Shown: positions 50,901 to 60,289 of the stretch, piece by piece
Layout of the letters: each line of letters begins with the position of its first letter
How positions within the stretch are numbered: position 1 is the stretch's first letter
Source of the DNA: Mobula hypostoma
Lineage: Eukaryota
Reading direction: 5' to 3'
Assembly: GCF_963921235.1 (NCBI RefSeq)
Contig: NC_086097.1
Location: 51,772,001-51,836,000, forward strand
Length of the DNA stretch: 64,000 bases
Notes under the pieces: generated by a model
Databases searched by the model: none
Told to the model about the DNA's origin: nothing
The model's input: the letters and a program-made list of their open reading frames with translations, nothing else
Program-made: the position numbers and the translations under genes

Positions 50901-50967
50901 GGATCATTTACAGGATACTGTGAGAAAACGTACATTGGAATACAGTAGCAGAACTGATGATTCCTGA
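35756..50967 (+). CDS. TMX1: Thioredoxin-related transmembrane protein 1, spliced CDS of 8 exons (849 nt, 282 aa)
   Basis: Exons join with consistent phases and GT-AG introns. The product has a signal peptide, a thioredoxin domain [13 protein letters not shown], a TM helix ([26 protein letters not shown]), an acidic tail and the C-terminus [19 protein letters not shown] plus the short tail favours TMX1 over TMX4. Confidence 0.93.
36318..36433 (+). CDS. TMX1: TMX1 exon 2 (YAPWCPAC active site)
   Basis: TCTCTAG| acceptor, 116 bp, [15 protein letters not shown]...[14 protein letters not shown]. Confidence 0.96.
38567..39299. mobile_element. Non-autonomous hAT (Charlie-like) DNA transposon
   Basis: TIRs CAGCGGTCTCCAACC / GGTTGGGGACCCCTG. 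Perfect 8-bp TSD ATCTACTG at 38,559-38,566 and 39,300-39,307. Confidence 0.9.
38679..39170. mobile_element. Second TIR element nested in the hAT (TAGGGTTGCCA-type ends)
   Basis: TAGAGTTGCCAGCT... and ...AGTTGGCAACCCTA inverted termini; no TSD recognisable. Confidence 0.6.
41745..42055 (+). mobile_element. 3' end of a restriction-like-endonuclease non-LTR element (HERO/NeSL-like)
   Basis: The frame from 41,747 reads [27 protein letters not shown]...*, resembling the AE.AS.W.W.KR C-terminus of HERO-type elements (recognised from memory). Confidence 0.5.
42130..42753 (-). mobile_element. 5'-truncated Penelope insertion with inverted pseudo-LTR
   Basis: Inverted arms at 42,175-42,287 and 42,643-42,754. 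Flanked by the direct repeat GCACCTTAAAAATAA (42,115-42,129 and 42,754-42,768). Confidence 0.88.
42233..42270 (-). ncRNA. Minimal type-I hammerhead ribozyme motif of the Penelope pseudo-LTR (core intact)
   Basis: Minus strand: TAGTC-CTGACGA-AGGGTCTCGGCCT-GAAA-C-GTC-AACTG, i.e. CUGANGA core, stem II, GAAA, palindromic ACGU stem III and a GUC cleavage triplet. Confidence 0.7.
43131..43176 (+). CDS. TMX1: TMX1 exon 3
   Basis: [28 protein letters not shown], 46 bp. Confidence 0.95.
43690..43980 (+). mobile_element. Probable SINE-like repeat
   Basis: CCAAGCCCGG...GGAGGAGAGTTGGGCATAGGGCTAGTAACCCCACCCTG motif resembling vertebrate SINE/RTE-related repeats, with an A-rich end. Family not identified. 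Confidence 0.35.
43982..45030 (-). mobile_element. Rex1/Babar-type LINE RT/3' fragment; holds one unamplified homologue of the satellite unit at ~44,596-44,640
   Basis: Minus peptides [21 protein letters not shown] and IVDFRKGK...[12 protein letters not shown]...QRLHF.R.LRR. Confidence 0.88.
45706..45834 (+). CDS. TMX1: TMX1 exon 4
   Basis: [19 protein letters not shown]...[22 protein letters not shown], 129 bp. Confidence 0.95.
45884..47425 (-). mobile_element. CR1-type LINE 3' portion with (TTCTATGT)n-like tail, intron 4
   Basis: AACATAGAAACATAGAAA tail; minus peptides [31 protein letters not shown] and RGHSFKV...[10 protein letters not shown]. Confidence 0.88.
46681..46872. mobile_element. 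Miniature Penelope-derived hairpin insertion in CR1
   Basis: ~64-bp near-perfect inverted repeat (46,717-46,780 / 46,809-46,872) around a hammerhead-core remnant. Flanked by CACCTCACACTT / CATCTCACACTT. Confidence 0.85.
48445..48490 (+). CDS. TMX1: TMX1 exon 5
   Basis: TTGCAG| (L)[21 protein letters not shown], 46 bp. Confidence 0.95.
49822..49923 (+). CDS. TMX1: TMX1 exon 6 (start of TM helix)
   Basis: [46 protein letters not shown], 102 bp. Confidence 0.95.
50120..50189 (+). CDS. TMX1: TMX1 exon 7
   Basis: [36 protein letters not shown], 70 bp. Confidence 0.92.
50789..50967 (+). CDS. TMX1: TMX1 exon 8 (acidic cytosolic tail, stop codon)
   Basis: First phase-compatible AG after the poly-T tract (TGTCAG|GA); [15 protein letters not shown]...[15 protein letters not shown]. 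The exact acceptor is slightly uncertain. Confidence 0.85.
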
Positions 50968-51764
50968 TTCTGGGGCAAATTGAAGTAAAAGGTGACTAAA
51001 GCTATTGTCCTTCCATAAGGCTTTGAACTGTTAGGTAATGAACTTTTGGAAAAAGACTACGGTGAAGTGCAAGGTCACCTGCCGCAGATAGCAGTATTGT
51101 ATTAAATTTACTTTTGTTCTTGCGGGCTTTGTTGCAAAGTTACAAGGCTTTAATATTGAGCCTTGCATGTTCCTTTACATCTTCCAAACTTTCAATTATA
51201 TGATTAAAATGTCCTTTGTACTATTTTGATGGAAGACTTGAAATGTCACATTTATTAAATGAATGCTGTGGCAATATCCATGATCAAGTTCTGAAAATTC
51301 CAACCTTTCAAAGTAAATATAAAACATTAGCTTGGAAATGGTACACGTGCATATAGCAGCTAACTTACTGCAGTACACTTGAAAGTCATAGTGTATGTGG
51401 TAGAAGGTACTGTTTATGTTTAGTCACCCATCTGGATTGCTCTATTTTCATTGGAAAGCCAGTACTTTCAGATTAGGTATTTCTCAACACATTTTAAAAA
51501 TTTAGCTCATCAGCCACTAATTGGATTCAAAATTCTTTAAGATTGCATTTAAAATGGATAACAATGTTTCCAGTTATTTTGCATTTATTTTAATTTTATT
51601 CTCCTAGGTTTCTTGTTCCTGCTCATCCTGTCTTTGCCTGCATCAAAATTTTGATCTCGCGAACTTGCTTAAGCATAGCATGTTTGGGTGTCATTTCAAC
51701 CAAAGCGTCTGTTTACAAGGATTTAAGCATCTAAAAGTAATAACAAAACTAGCTGATCTAATCA

Positions 51765-51900
51765 CGATAAACAAGAGATTCTGCAGATTCTGGAAATTTT
51801 GAGCAACACACAGAATGCTGGAGGAACTCGGCAAGTCAGGCAACACCTATGGTGGGGAATAAACAGTTGACGTTTTGGGCCAAGACCTTCACCAGTCCTG
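51765..51900 (-). mobile_element. Penelope pseudo-LTR fragment in the probable TMX1 3' UTR
   Basis: AACAAGAGATTCTGCAGATTCTGGAAA...GTTGACGTTTTGGGCCAAGACCTTCACCAG matches 32,865-32,995. Confidence 0.75.
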
Positions 51901-53414
51901 TTGATTAGTGTTACCTCGACTGTATTCTGAGTCAGTTCTGATTAATAGTCACAAGTTGGGAGACGGAAGCTTATGTACTAAATACTTTATTGAGAGTGTA
52001 GCAGGAGAACTGCTTTAAACCATTGTGTCATTTAATCAGAAGGAAATGAATGTTTGAAGACCAAATGCTTCAGGTGCTAATGCTTCATGTTAAAAAAAGT
52101 ACCTCAACTACATCTAGCTTCTCATTTGGCTATTTATTAGTTTTAAAACTGTTGCAATTTTTGGCTGATGTGCATTTTCCCTTAATGGTGAGGATTTATT
52201 TTGTAATGAGGGAAATGAATTTATAATGTTCATTTGTGTATAAAAATGTTTTCAATGTTAACATTATTCTTGAAATATCTGAATTTGCTTTCAAGTGTTA
52301 TATTTGAATTGGGTTTTGTGAGGCATTCAACGGTACCATTAAAAACTTGGCATGTTGGTGTGAGTTATTACTTTGTAGACCAGGTTTTTGATGCATAAAA
52401 AACACTCCCAGTTGTTTGAACTATGCATATTTGCATGAATGTGTGTAATTTCGCACTGACATTATATGGTTGTATATTGCCTTATCCATTTACATTTAAC
52501 TGCCAAAAATAGGTACAAGACTTTTTTTTGGATATGTTGGAATAACAGATTCTAATGTCTATTAAGTTTGAAAATTATCCAGACTTACTGGGCTTCAAGT
52601 GAACTGCTGTTTTAAAAAGGGAATTTGAAGTAAAAATCTGTAAATAGTTTCAGTTCCTTCCTGTAAAATTGTACATTTTCTTTTGAAGATGCTTAACAGT
52701 AAAGATAATGTTAGATTGACTTTTACCAACTGTATTATGCTGAGATAAGCTGTTCTTTTTGTCAATAATTTATATAAAGCCACTTTCAATAATTTGCTTT
52801 GTTCTGCTTATTTCAAATCTTCGGGGAAAAATATAAACATTAAATTGATCTTGTATTTAATTGATGTGGGCAAGTTATAGTACGTCTTTGGCCTGGATAA
52901 TCTATGGGCACAAAATTTGTAATCCAATTTAAATGATAAGCTATGATGTACTTAAGACCTTTTGATGAGGTATAAATATGATGGAGCCATGCAGTTATGG
53001 AGTTCAGAGATGCTCTTTATTTTGTCTAGCAAGCAGCATTCCTTTTTAAAGAAAGATGCAAAATGCATTATCAGAGGATCAGGACATTTTCAAAATCTGA
53101 TTACATATATGGTAGACTAAGAATAAACTAAGTACCTGAATTGCATTTAGCTTATTGGATGCTTATTAGTTTTCAAAATGTTGCAATTTTTGATGGATGG
53201 TACTGACAATTGACCTGCTTACCCAACACAACATGTCAGTGAGTTGGTGATTCAAAGTGCTGATATTGCATGAGCTACTGCAATAGCTGCCATATTGAAC
53301 TCTGCAGCCTTTTTTTTATTCCAATAACATGAGGTAATTAATGAAAGTAACAATTTACATAATTTTACTATGGGAAATGAGTTCTACCTTTAGAATGGAT
53401 TCAATATTTAATTT

Positions 53415-53582
53415 GGAGACGGGACGGGATGCTGGAATCTGTAGTAACAAACTCAGTGGGTTGCACATTATCCTGTGGGAGTAAAGGAATTGTTAATGTC
53501 TGGTCACAACCTTGCATCAGGTCTTTGCTCCAACAGATGCTGCTTGACCTGCTGAGCTCTTCCAGTGGCTTGTGTGTTGCTC
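53415..53582. mobile_element. Old Penelope pseudo-LTR fragment with inverted halves
   Basis: GATGCTGGAATCTG... followed by ...AGATGCTGCTTGACCTGCTGAG...TGTGTGTTGC, degenerate versions of the same family. Confidence 0.5.
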
Positions 53583-54339
53583 AGTATTTAACTTCCTGAG
53601 TTGTGTCTGTGAATGCTTTTTTACTGCAAACTAGTGAGTGTTCATCGAGAGGGACTAATGCATTCAGTGTAGAACTTTAGTCAGAATTGGAAGACAGTAC
53701 AGCTAGGCAGTTACTTGAAATGGAGGACAGAACATTAGACAAATGAACAATGTCTACATTGGTCGGGGCATGAAGGGATTTGGTGAGAAAGCAGGAAATT
53801 GTGGCTGAGAGGAAAATTGGAGCAGCGGTGATGAGATGGTGGAGCAGACTGGAATGGCCTAATTCTTCTCCCATATCTTATGGTCTTGTTATTTCAGAAT
53901 AGTAGTAGAATGAAGGTGCTAAGTGGAAAAACAAGTTTTAAATTGCTTGTGGGCTGTTAAACTGAGGCAACTGGAAGCAGAGTGAGACAAAGATATTTTA
54001 CATGTACATGAAAACCTAGAGGGGACTGGTTAAGAATAATGCAGAAATAAACTGTCAGTGCATTATTCTGGGAGACTGAAAAATAATAATGCCAACTGCA
54101 TATCAAATTGGAATTTAAGGACTCTTCAATATTAAAGCTGGAGGTCTGCAAAATCCCAAGTGGTCAGATGGAATGTTGTTTTTCTAGTTCTGGTGGGTCT
54201 TGATTTCAACATGCCGTAGACCGAAACGACACTTCAAACTGGAATAAGCTTTTTTTTATATGCTTTAATCGAAGTACTTGAAAAAGCAGCCATTTATGTT
54301 GTTTACTTTCCCAAACTTGCAGGACACAGGGCCAGAGCT

Positions 54340-54962
54340 CAGGTAGACCTTGGTCAGACCCCACTTGGAGTACTGTTCAGTTCTGGATGTGGATACTGTA
54401 GACAGTATATTTAATATATCAAATATTGCTGTGATGATTATACATTCTAGTATCAATTGTTTGGCGACAATGAAGTATAAAGTGCAGAGGATATTTACAA
54501 GGATGTTGCCTGGATTGAAGGGTGTATCTTAATGAGAATAGGTTGAGTGAACTTGGCCTTTTCTCCTTGGAGCGAACAGAGGATGAGAGGGTAATCTGAT
54601 AGAGGTGTATAAGATTATAAGGGGCATTGATCATGTGGATACCCAGAGGCTTTTTCACAGGGCTGAAATGGCTAACACGAGGGGCATAGTTTTAAGATGC
54701 TTGGAAATAGGTACCGAGGGGATGTCAGGGGTAAGTTTTCTTTTCCCACACAGAGGAGTGGTGCATGGAATGCACTGCCGGCGGTGGTGGTGGAAGCAGA
54801 AACAATAAGGCCTTTTAAGAGCCTCTTAAGTAGGTACCCGGAGCTTAGAAAACTAGAGGGTTATGTGCTAGGAAATTCTAGGCAGTTTCTAGAGTAGGTT
54901 ACATGGTTGACACAACGCTGGGCCAAAGGACCTTTAATGTACTGTAGATTTCTATGTTCTAT
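54340..54962 (+). mobile_element. CR1-type LINE 3' end
   Basis: LVRPHLEYC, VQRIFTRMLPGL, YKIIRGID.VD and GAWNALP, with a TTTCTATGTTCTAT tail. Confidence 0.88.
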
Positions 54963-55344
54963 ACGTGGTGCAGGTAAATTGTCTCACTAAGTACTGATCT
55001 TTTTTTTGCTAAAAAGTAAGTTTGCGCTTGTTCCATTGTATTAATTTTTTTAAAAAACAATATGTGAGAGCAATGTGCAGATCTCTCTCTAGATGGCACT
55101 GGAGTGTAGCAGTGATAAACATTCTTGATGTAAAGTCAGTAAGAATTTCTCATTACAAAGATAAGAATTTGACACTCTAAATATTGTATCTTCAGTTACG
55201 AAATTGCCCTTTAATAAATATGACTTTAATTGACATTGGTGTCTGTGACTCCAATTTTCACCTGTAGTTGTGCGGTTTTGATTGCAAATATGACTGGGAT
55301 AGATATTTCTATACCAGTAATTTAAAGTTTTGCATTTCATAGAT

Positions 55345-55803
55345 GTTGAATGTTTTCAGTAACTTTAAATTCCTTGGTGCTATCATGTCAGAAGGTCTGT
55401 CCTGGCACCAGCATGTAAGTGCCAAAGACAGCACCTCTACTTTCTTAGAAGACCGTGCAGGTTTGACATATCATTTAAAACTTTGACAGACTTTTCTAGA
55501 ACCACAGTGGAAAGCATCATGGCCTGGTTTGGAAACACCAATGCCCGAGAATGGAAAAACCTATAAAAAAAAAGTAATGGATGCAGCCCAGTCCATCACA
55601 GGCAAAATGCTCCCACTATTGAGCACATCCACAAGTAGTGCTGCCACAAGAAAGCAACATCCATCATCAAAGCAACCCCATCACCATCTAGGCAATGCTG
55701 TCTTCTTCCTGCTGCCACTGGTAAGCAGGTACAGGAGCCTCAGATCCCACCCCACCAGGTTCAGGAACAGTTATGACCCTTCAACCATCAGGTTCATTAA
55801 CCA
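55345..55803 (+). mobile_element. Rex1/Babar-type LINE 3' fragment
   Basis: NFKFLG..., then LLP..SRYRSLRSHPTRFRNSY.PSTIR, the C-terminal motif shared with 63,487-63,690. Confidence 0.75.
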
Positions 55804-55965
55804 AGGTACAGAGCCGATAAAAACTATTCGTCCCCCCTTGGAAGTTGGATGTTTTCATGTTTTATTGTTTTGCAACATTGAATCAGAGAATTTGTCTTTT
55901 TTTGACACTGTTCAACAGAAAAAGACTCGTGTCAAAGTGAAAAAAGACCTCTACAAAATGATCTA

Positions 55966-56296
55966 CAAAATCATAAGATATAGGAGCAGAAGTAGGCCAT
56001 TCGGCCCATTGAGACTGCTCCACCATTTAATCATAGGCTGGTCCAATTCTTCCAGTCATCCCCACTCCTCTGCCTTCCCCTCTGATGTCCTGTCTAATCA
56101 AGAAACTATTTATATCTGCCTCAACTACACCCAATGACTTGGCCTCCACGGCCTCTCGTGGCAAAAAATTCCACAGATTTATCACCCTCTGACTAAAATA
56201 ATTTCTCCGCATCTCTGTTCTAAGTGGATGTCCTTCAACCCTAAATTCGTGCCCTCTTGTCCTAGACTCCCCTACCATAACTTTGCCATATCTAAT
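55966..56296 (-). mobile_element. CR1 3'-end fragment inserted in the Tc1 TIR
   Basis: Minus ORF MVGESRTRGH...RRNYFSQRVINLWNFLP. Confidence 0.8.
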
Positions 56297-56363
56297 AAAT
56301 TAATTACTAAATTACAAATATAAAACACAAAATAATTGATTGCATAAGTATTCAGCCCCTTCA

Positions 56364-56600
56364 GGGGGAGGGGAGGGAACATCAACTCAGACCATGAGAG
56401 GCCTGCGTCGGGCATTTCATGCCTTACAAGGTGCAGGTTGGAAGTCTGTGTGGGGCGCCACTCCTCGCACAGATACTAGAGCAAAGTGTGGTTAAGTGCC
56501 TTGCTCAAGGACACAAACATGCTGCCACAGCTGAGGCTCAAACTATCAACCTTGAGATCACTAGACAAATGCCTTAACCACTTGGCCACGTGCCCAACGA
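56364..56600 (-). mobile_element. tRNA-derived SINE with a CORE-like central motif
   Basis: Minus strand starts GGGCACGTGGCCAAGTGGTTAAGGC (A-box-like) and contains GTGTCCTTGAGCAAGGCACTTAACC. Flanked by TCAGCCCCTTCA repeats. Confidence 0.7.
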
Positions 56601-56614
56601 GTCAGCCCCTTCAA

Positions 56615-56761
56615 AAATGCTGGTGAACACAGCAGGCCAGACAGCATCTAAAGGAAGAGGTACAGTCAACGTTTCAGGCCGAGTCCTGACGAAGAGACCT
56701 GACGAAGGACACATTTTTTATGTGTGTTGCTTGAAATTCCAGCATCTGCAGATTTCTTTGT
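56615..56761. mobile_element. Miniature rearranged Penelope pseudo-LTR insertion
   Basis: Same family as 46,681-46,872; flanked by the GTCAGCCCCTTCAA direct repeat. Confidence 0.75.
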
Positions 56762-58337
56762 GTCAGCCCCTTCAAGTCAGTATTTAGAAAATGCATTTAG
56801 TAGACCTTTGGCAGCAATTACATCCCAGAGTCTATGTGGATAGGTCCCTATCAGCTTTGAACATCTGGACACTACAATTTTTCCCCATTCTTCTTTACAA
56901 AACTGCTCAGGCTCTTTCAAATTGCATGGGGACCGTGAGTGAAAAGCCCTTTTCCAGTCACAAATTCTCAATTAGATTGAGGTCTGGACTCTGACTTGGC
57001 CTCTCCAGGTTATTAACTTTGTTGTGTTTAAGCCATTCGAGTGTAGCTTTGGCTTTATGCTTGGGGTCATTGTCTTGCTGAAAAACAAATCTCCCAAATC
57101 ACAGTTCTCTTGCATACTGCATCGTTTTCCTCCAGGATTTCCATGTATTTTGCTGCATAAATTTTACCTTCTACCTTTACAACCCTTCTAGCACCTGCTA
57201 CAGTGAAGCATCCCCACAGCATGATGCAGTCGCCATCACGCTTCACAGTAGGGATGGTGCGTTTTTGATGATGTATGGTGTTTGGCTTACGTCAAACATT
57301 GTGTTTAGCCTGATGGCCAAAAAGCTCAAATTTGTTTTTCTCAAACCATAGGAACTTCCTCCAGATGATTTCAGTCTCCCACATGCCTTCTGGCAAACAC
57401 TAGCTGAGATTTCTTGTGAGTTTTTTTCAACAATGGCTTTCTCTTTGCCACTCTCCCATAAAACTGCGACTGGTGAAGCACCCAGGCAACAGTTGTTGCA
57501 AGCGCAGGCTCTCCCTTCTCAGCCATTGAAGCGTGTAACTCCTTCAGAGTTGTCATCGGTCTCTTGGTGGCCTCCCTCATTAGTCCCCTTCTTGTACGGT
57601 CACTTAGTTTTTGAGGACAGCCTGCTCTAGGCAGATTTACAGCTGTGCCATATTCTTTCCATTTCTTGATGATTGATTTAACTGTACTCCAAGGGATATT
57701 CAGTGACTTGGAAATTTTCTTGTATTCATCTCTTGATTTGGGCTTTTCAATAACCTTTTTGCAGAGCTGCTGGAGTGTTCTTTTGTCTTCTTGGAGTAGT
57801 TTTTTGCCATGATATTGACTCACCAGCAGATGGACCTTCCGGATACAGGTGTATTTTTTACTACAATCAATCAAAATGCCTTGATTGCATACAGGTATCC
57901 AAAAACAAATCTCCATTTAACTATGTGACTTCAAAAACCAATTGGCTGCACCAGTGATGATTTGATGTGTTATATTAAAGGTGGCGAATACTTATGCAAT
58001 CAATTATTTTGTGTTTTATATTTGTAATTAATGTAAATCACTTTGTAGAGATCTGTTTTCACTTTGACACGAAAATCTTTTTGTGTGATCAGTGTAAAAA
58101 AGCCAAATTAAATCCACTGTAATGTCTTAAAACAATAAAATGTGAAAACTTCCCGGGGGCGGGGGGGGGGGGTGAATACTTTTTATAGGTACTGTATCAT
58201 GTGTGAGTAAATCCATTGAAAAGTACAAGCTTAAGTTTATAAATGGAGGATATGAGAAGGAATACAAGTAGGTATTATTCAAATAGATTATGGGAATGAA
58301 CGATCTTAAGTGAGTCTATTACATTTGAATTGAAGTT

Positions 58338-58677
58338 ATAGAATTGTAAAGAGATACAGCACAGTCAGAAGTCCCTTCAACCCACTGAGCCTATGCAGAC
58401 ATTAACCATCCATTTATACTACTGCTACATTAATCTCATATTATATCCTCTCCACATTTTCATCTATCACTACCACTCATGCGAACAGTAGGGGCAATTT
58501 AATTCACTAACTGATACAGCTTTGGAATACGGGAGAAAACCAGAGCGACTGGAGGAAGCCCACTTGGTTACATGGAGAGTGTGCAACGATGACAGAGATA
58601 GCATCCAAGGTCAGGATTGATGCAGGTCTCTAGCGCTGTGAGACAGTGGCTGTATTTGCCGCATGACTGTGCTGCCC
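58338..58677 (-). mobile_element. V-SINE (HE1-like, elasmobranch type), degenerate
   Basis: The plus strand GGGAGAAAACCAGAGCGACTGGAGGAAGCCCAC...GAGAGTGTGCAA resembles the reverse complement of the V domain. A tRNA-like head ends ...GTGCTGCCC and there is a CR1-like tail. Confidence 0.65.
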
Positions 58678-58818
58678 TTTGAGATGGTTTGATGTTGATA
58701 CTGAGTGTTTCTGGAGTTATTATTTTCACTAATGTCCCCAAATTTGCCTGTTGCATCTGATTTCTAACAAAGCATTTGATGAGCGGCTTGGTTCTAGGAC
58801 TGTTGATTAGGTCACATA

Positions 58819-59859
58819 CTGTGCCCATAAAAAGTATTCACCCCCCCCCCCCGGAAGTTTTCATGTTTTATTGTTTTACAGCATTGAATCACAGTGGATT
58901 TAATTTGGCTTTTTTGACACCGAACAACAGAAAAAGACTCTCATGTCAAAGTGAAAACAGATCTCTACAAAGTGATCTAAATTAATTACAACTATAAAAC
59001 ACAAAATAATTGATTGTATAAGTATTCACCACCTTTAATATGACACACCAAATCATCACTGGTGCAGCCAAGTGGTCTTAGAAGTCATATGGTTAAATGG
59101 AGATCACCGTGTGCAGTCAAGGTGTTTCAGTTGACTGTAGTAAAAATACACCCGTATCTGGAAGGTTCAACTGCTAGTGAGTACTGGCATGAAGACAAAA
59201 GAACACTTCAAGCAACTCCGCAAAAAGTATTGAAAGGAGATAGATACAAGAAAATTTCCAAGTCACTGAGTATCCCTTGGATTACAGTTAAATCAAGAAA
59301 TGGAAAGAATATGGCACAGCTGTAAATCTGCCTAGAGCAAGCCATTCTCAAAAACTGAGTGACCGTGCAAGAAAGGGACTAGTGAGGGAGGCCACCAAGA
59401 GACCTATGACAACTCTGGAGGAGTTACAAGCTTCAGTGGCTGAGATGGGAGAGGTTGTACGTACAACATCTGTTGCCTGGGTGCTTCACCAATCGCAGCT
59501 GTATGGGAGAGTGGCAAAGAGAAAGACACTGTTGAAAAAAAACTCACATGAAATCTTGGTTAGAGTTTGCCAGAAGGCATGTGGAAGGCTCTGAAGTCAG
59601 CTGGAAGAAGGTTCTATGGTCTGTTGAAACCAAAACTGAGCTTTTTGATCATCAATCTAAATGCTATGTTTTGTGTTTTATATTTGTAGTTAATTTAGAT
59701 TACTTTCTAGATATCTATTTTCACTTTGACACAAAAGAATCTTTTTCTGTTGATCAGTGTCAAAAAGAAAGCCAAAATAAATCCATTGATTCAATGTTGT
59801 AAAACAATAAAACAAGAAAACTTCTGGGGGGCGGGGGTGAATACTTTTTATTGGCATTG
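58819..59859 (+). mobile_element. Internally deleted Tc1-like transposon, same family as 55,809-58,194, opposite orientation
   Basis: TA-flanked TIRs CTGTGCCCATAAAAAGTATTCACCCC / GGGGTGAATACTTTTTATTGGCATTG. N-terminal transposase fragments run up to WKKVLWS.ETK.ELF; the DDE region is deleted. Confidence 0.92.
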
Positions 59860-60289
59860 TATGTAAGAGGAAAAGTAAGTAAAAGCGTAGGACATCTTTT
59901 TAGAGGGGAAGAGTGTGCATGTCTTCCTAATTATGGGGGTCAATTTAGAACTAATCGAGAACGGATGTCTGAGGAGACGAAACAGACCTGAGCAAGCACG
60001 CAGGTCGATCTTGGAGGCTATGAGGTAACAAACTGTAAAGGTTATGGGTTCATTTGCAGTGATATTGGGGAAGGATTTCATTACTGCAGTTAGTTTCAAG
60101 TCTGTGGCTTATATAAATTGCTGCTAATAAGGTATTGATATTATATAGAAAAGTAATGGCGATTTAAGGCCGTCTTAATGGCAGGTTGCAATCAACATGA
60201 GTAGTTGCTTGTTTGGCTGAGACGGAGTGATATTTAAAAAGAGCTTGAAGACTTTTGGGGGCTTTAGGTGGGCTGCAGTCATAAGCATC

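Larger units (their letters stand above)
55809..58194 (-). mobile_element. Tc1-like (IR/DR) DNA transposon with degenerate transposase and three nested insertions in its left TIR
   Basis: TA-flanked ~200-bp TIRs (CAGAGCCGATAAAAACTATTC... / ...GAATACTTTTTATAGGTACTG). Minus ORF 57,371-57,916 reads YKKISKSLNIPWSTVKSIIKKWK...LPRAG.P.KL...GRVAKRKPLL (paired-like HTH). Confidence 0.92.

Noticed and set aside
47897..55340. Short ORFs in AT-rich intron and 3' regions other than the TMX1 exons
   Set aside because: No domain similarity; they are antisense or intronic, or belong to degenerate LINE fragments.
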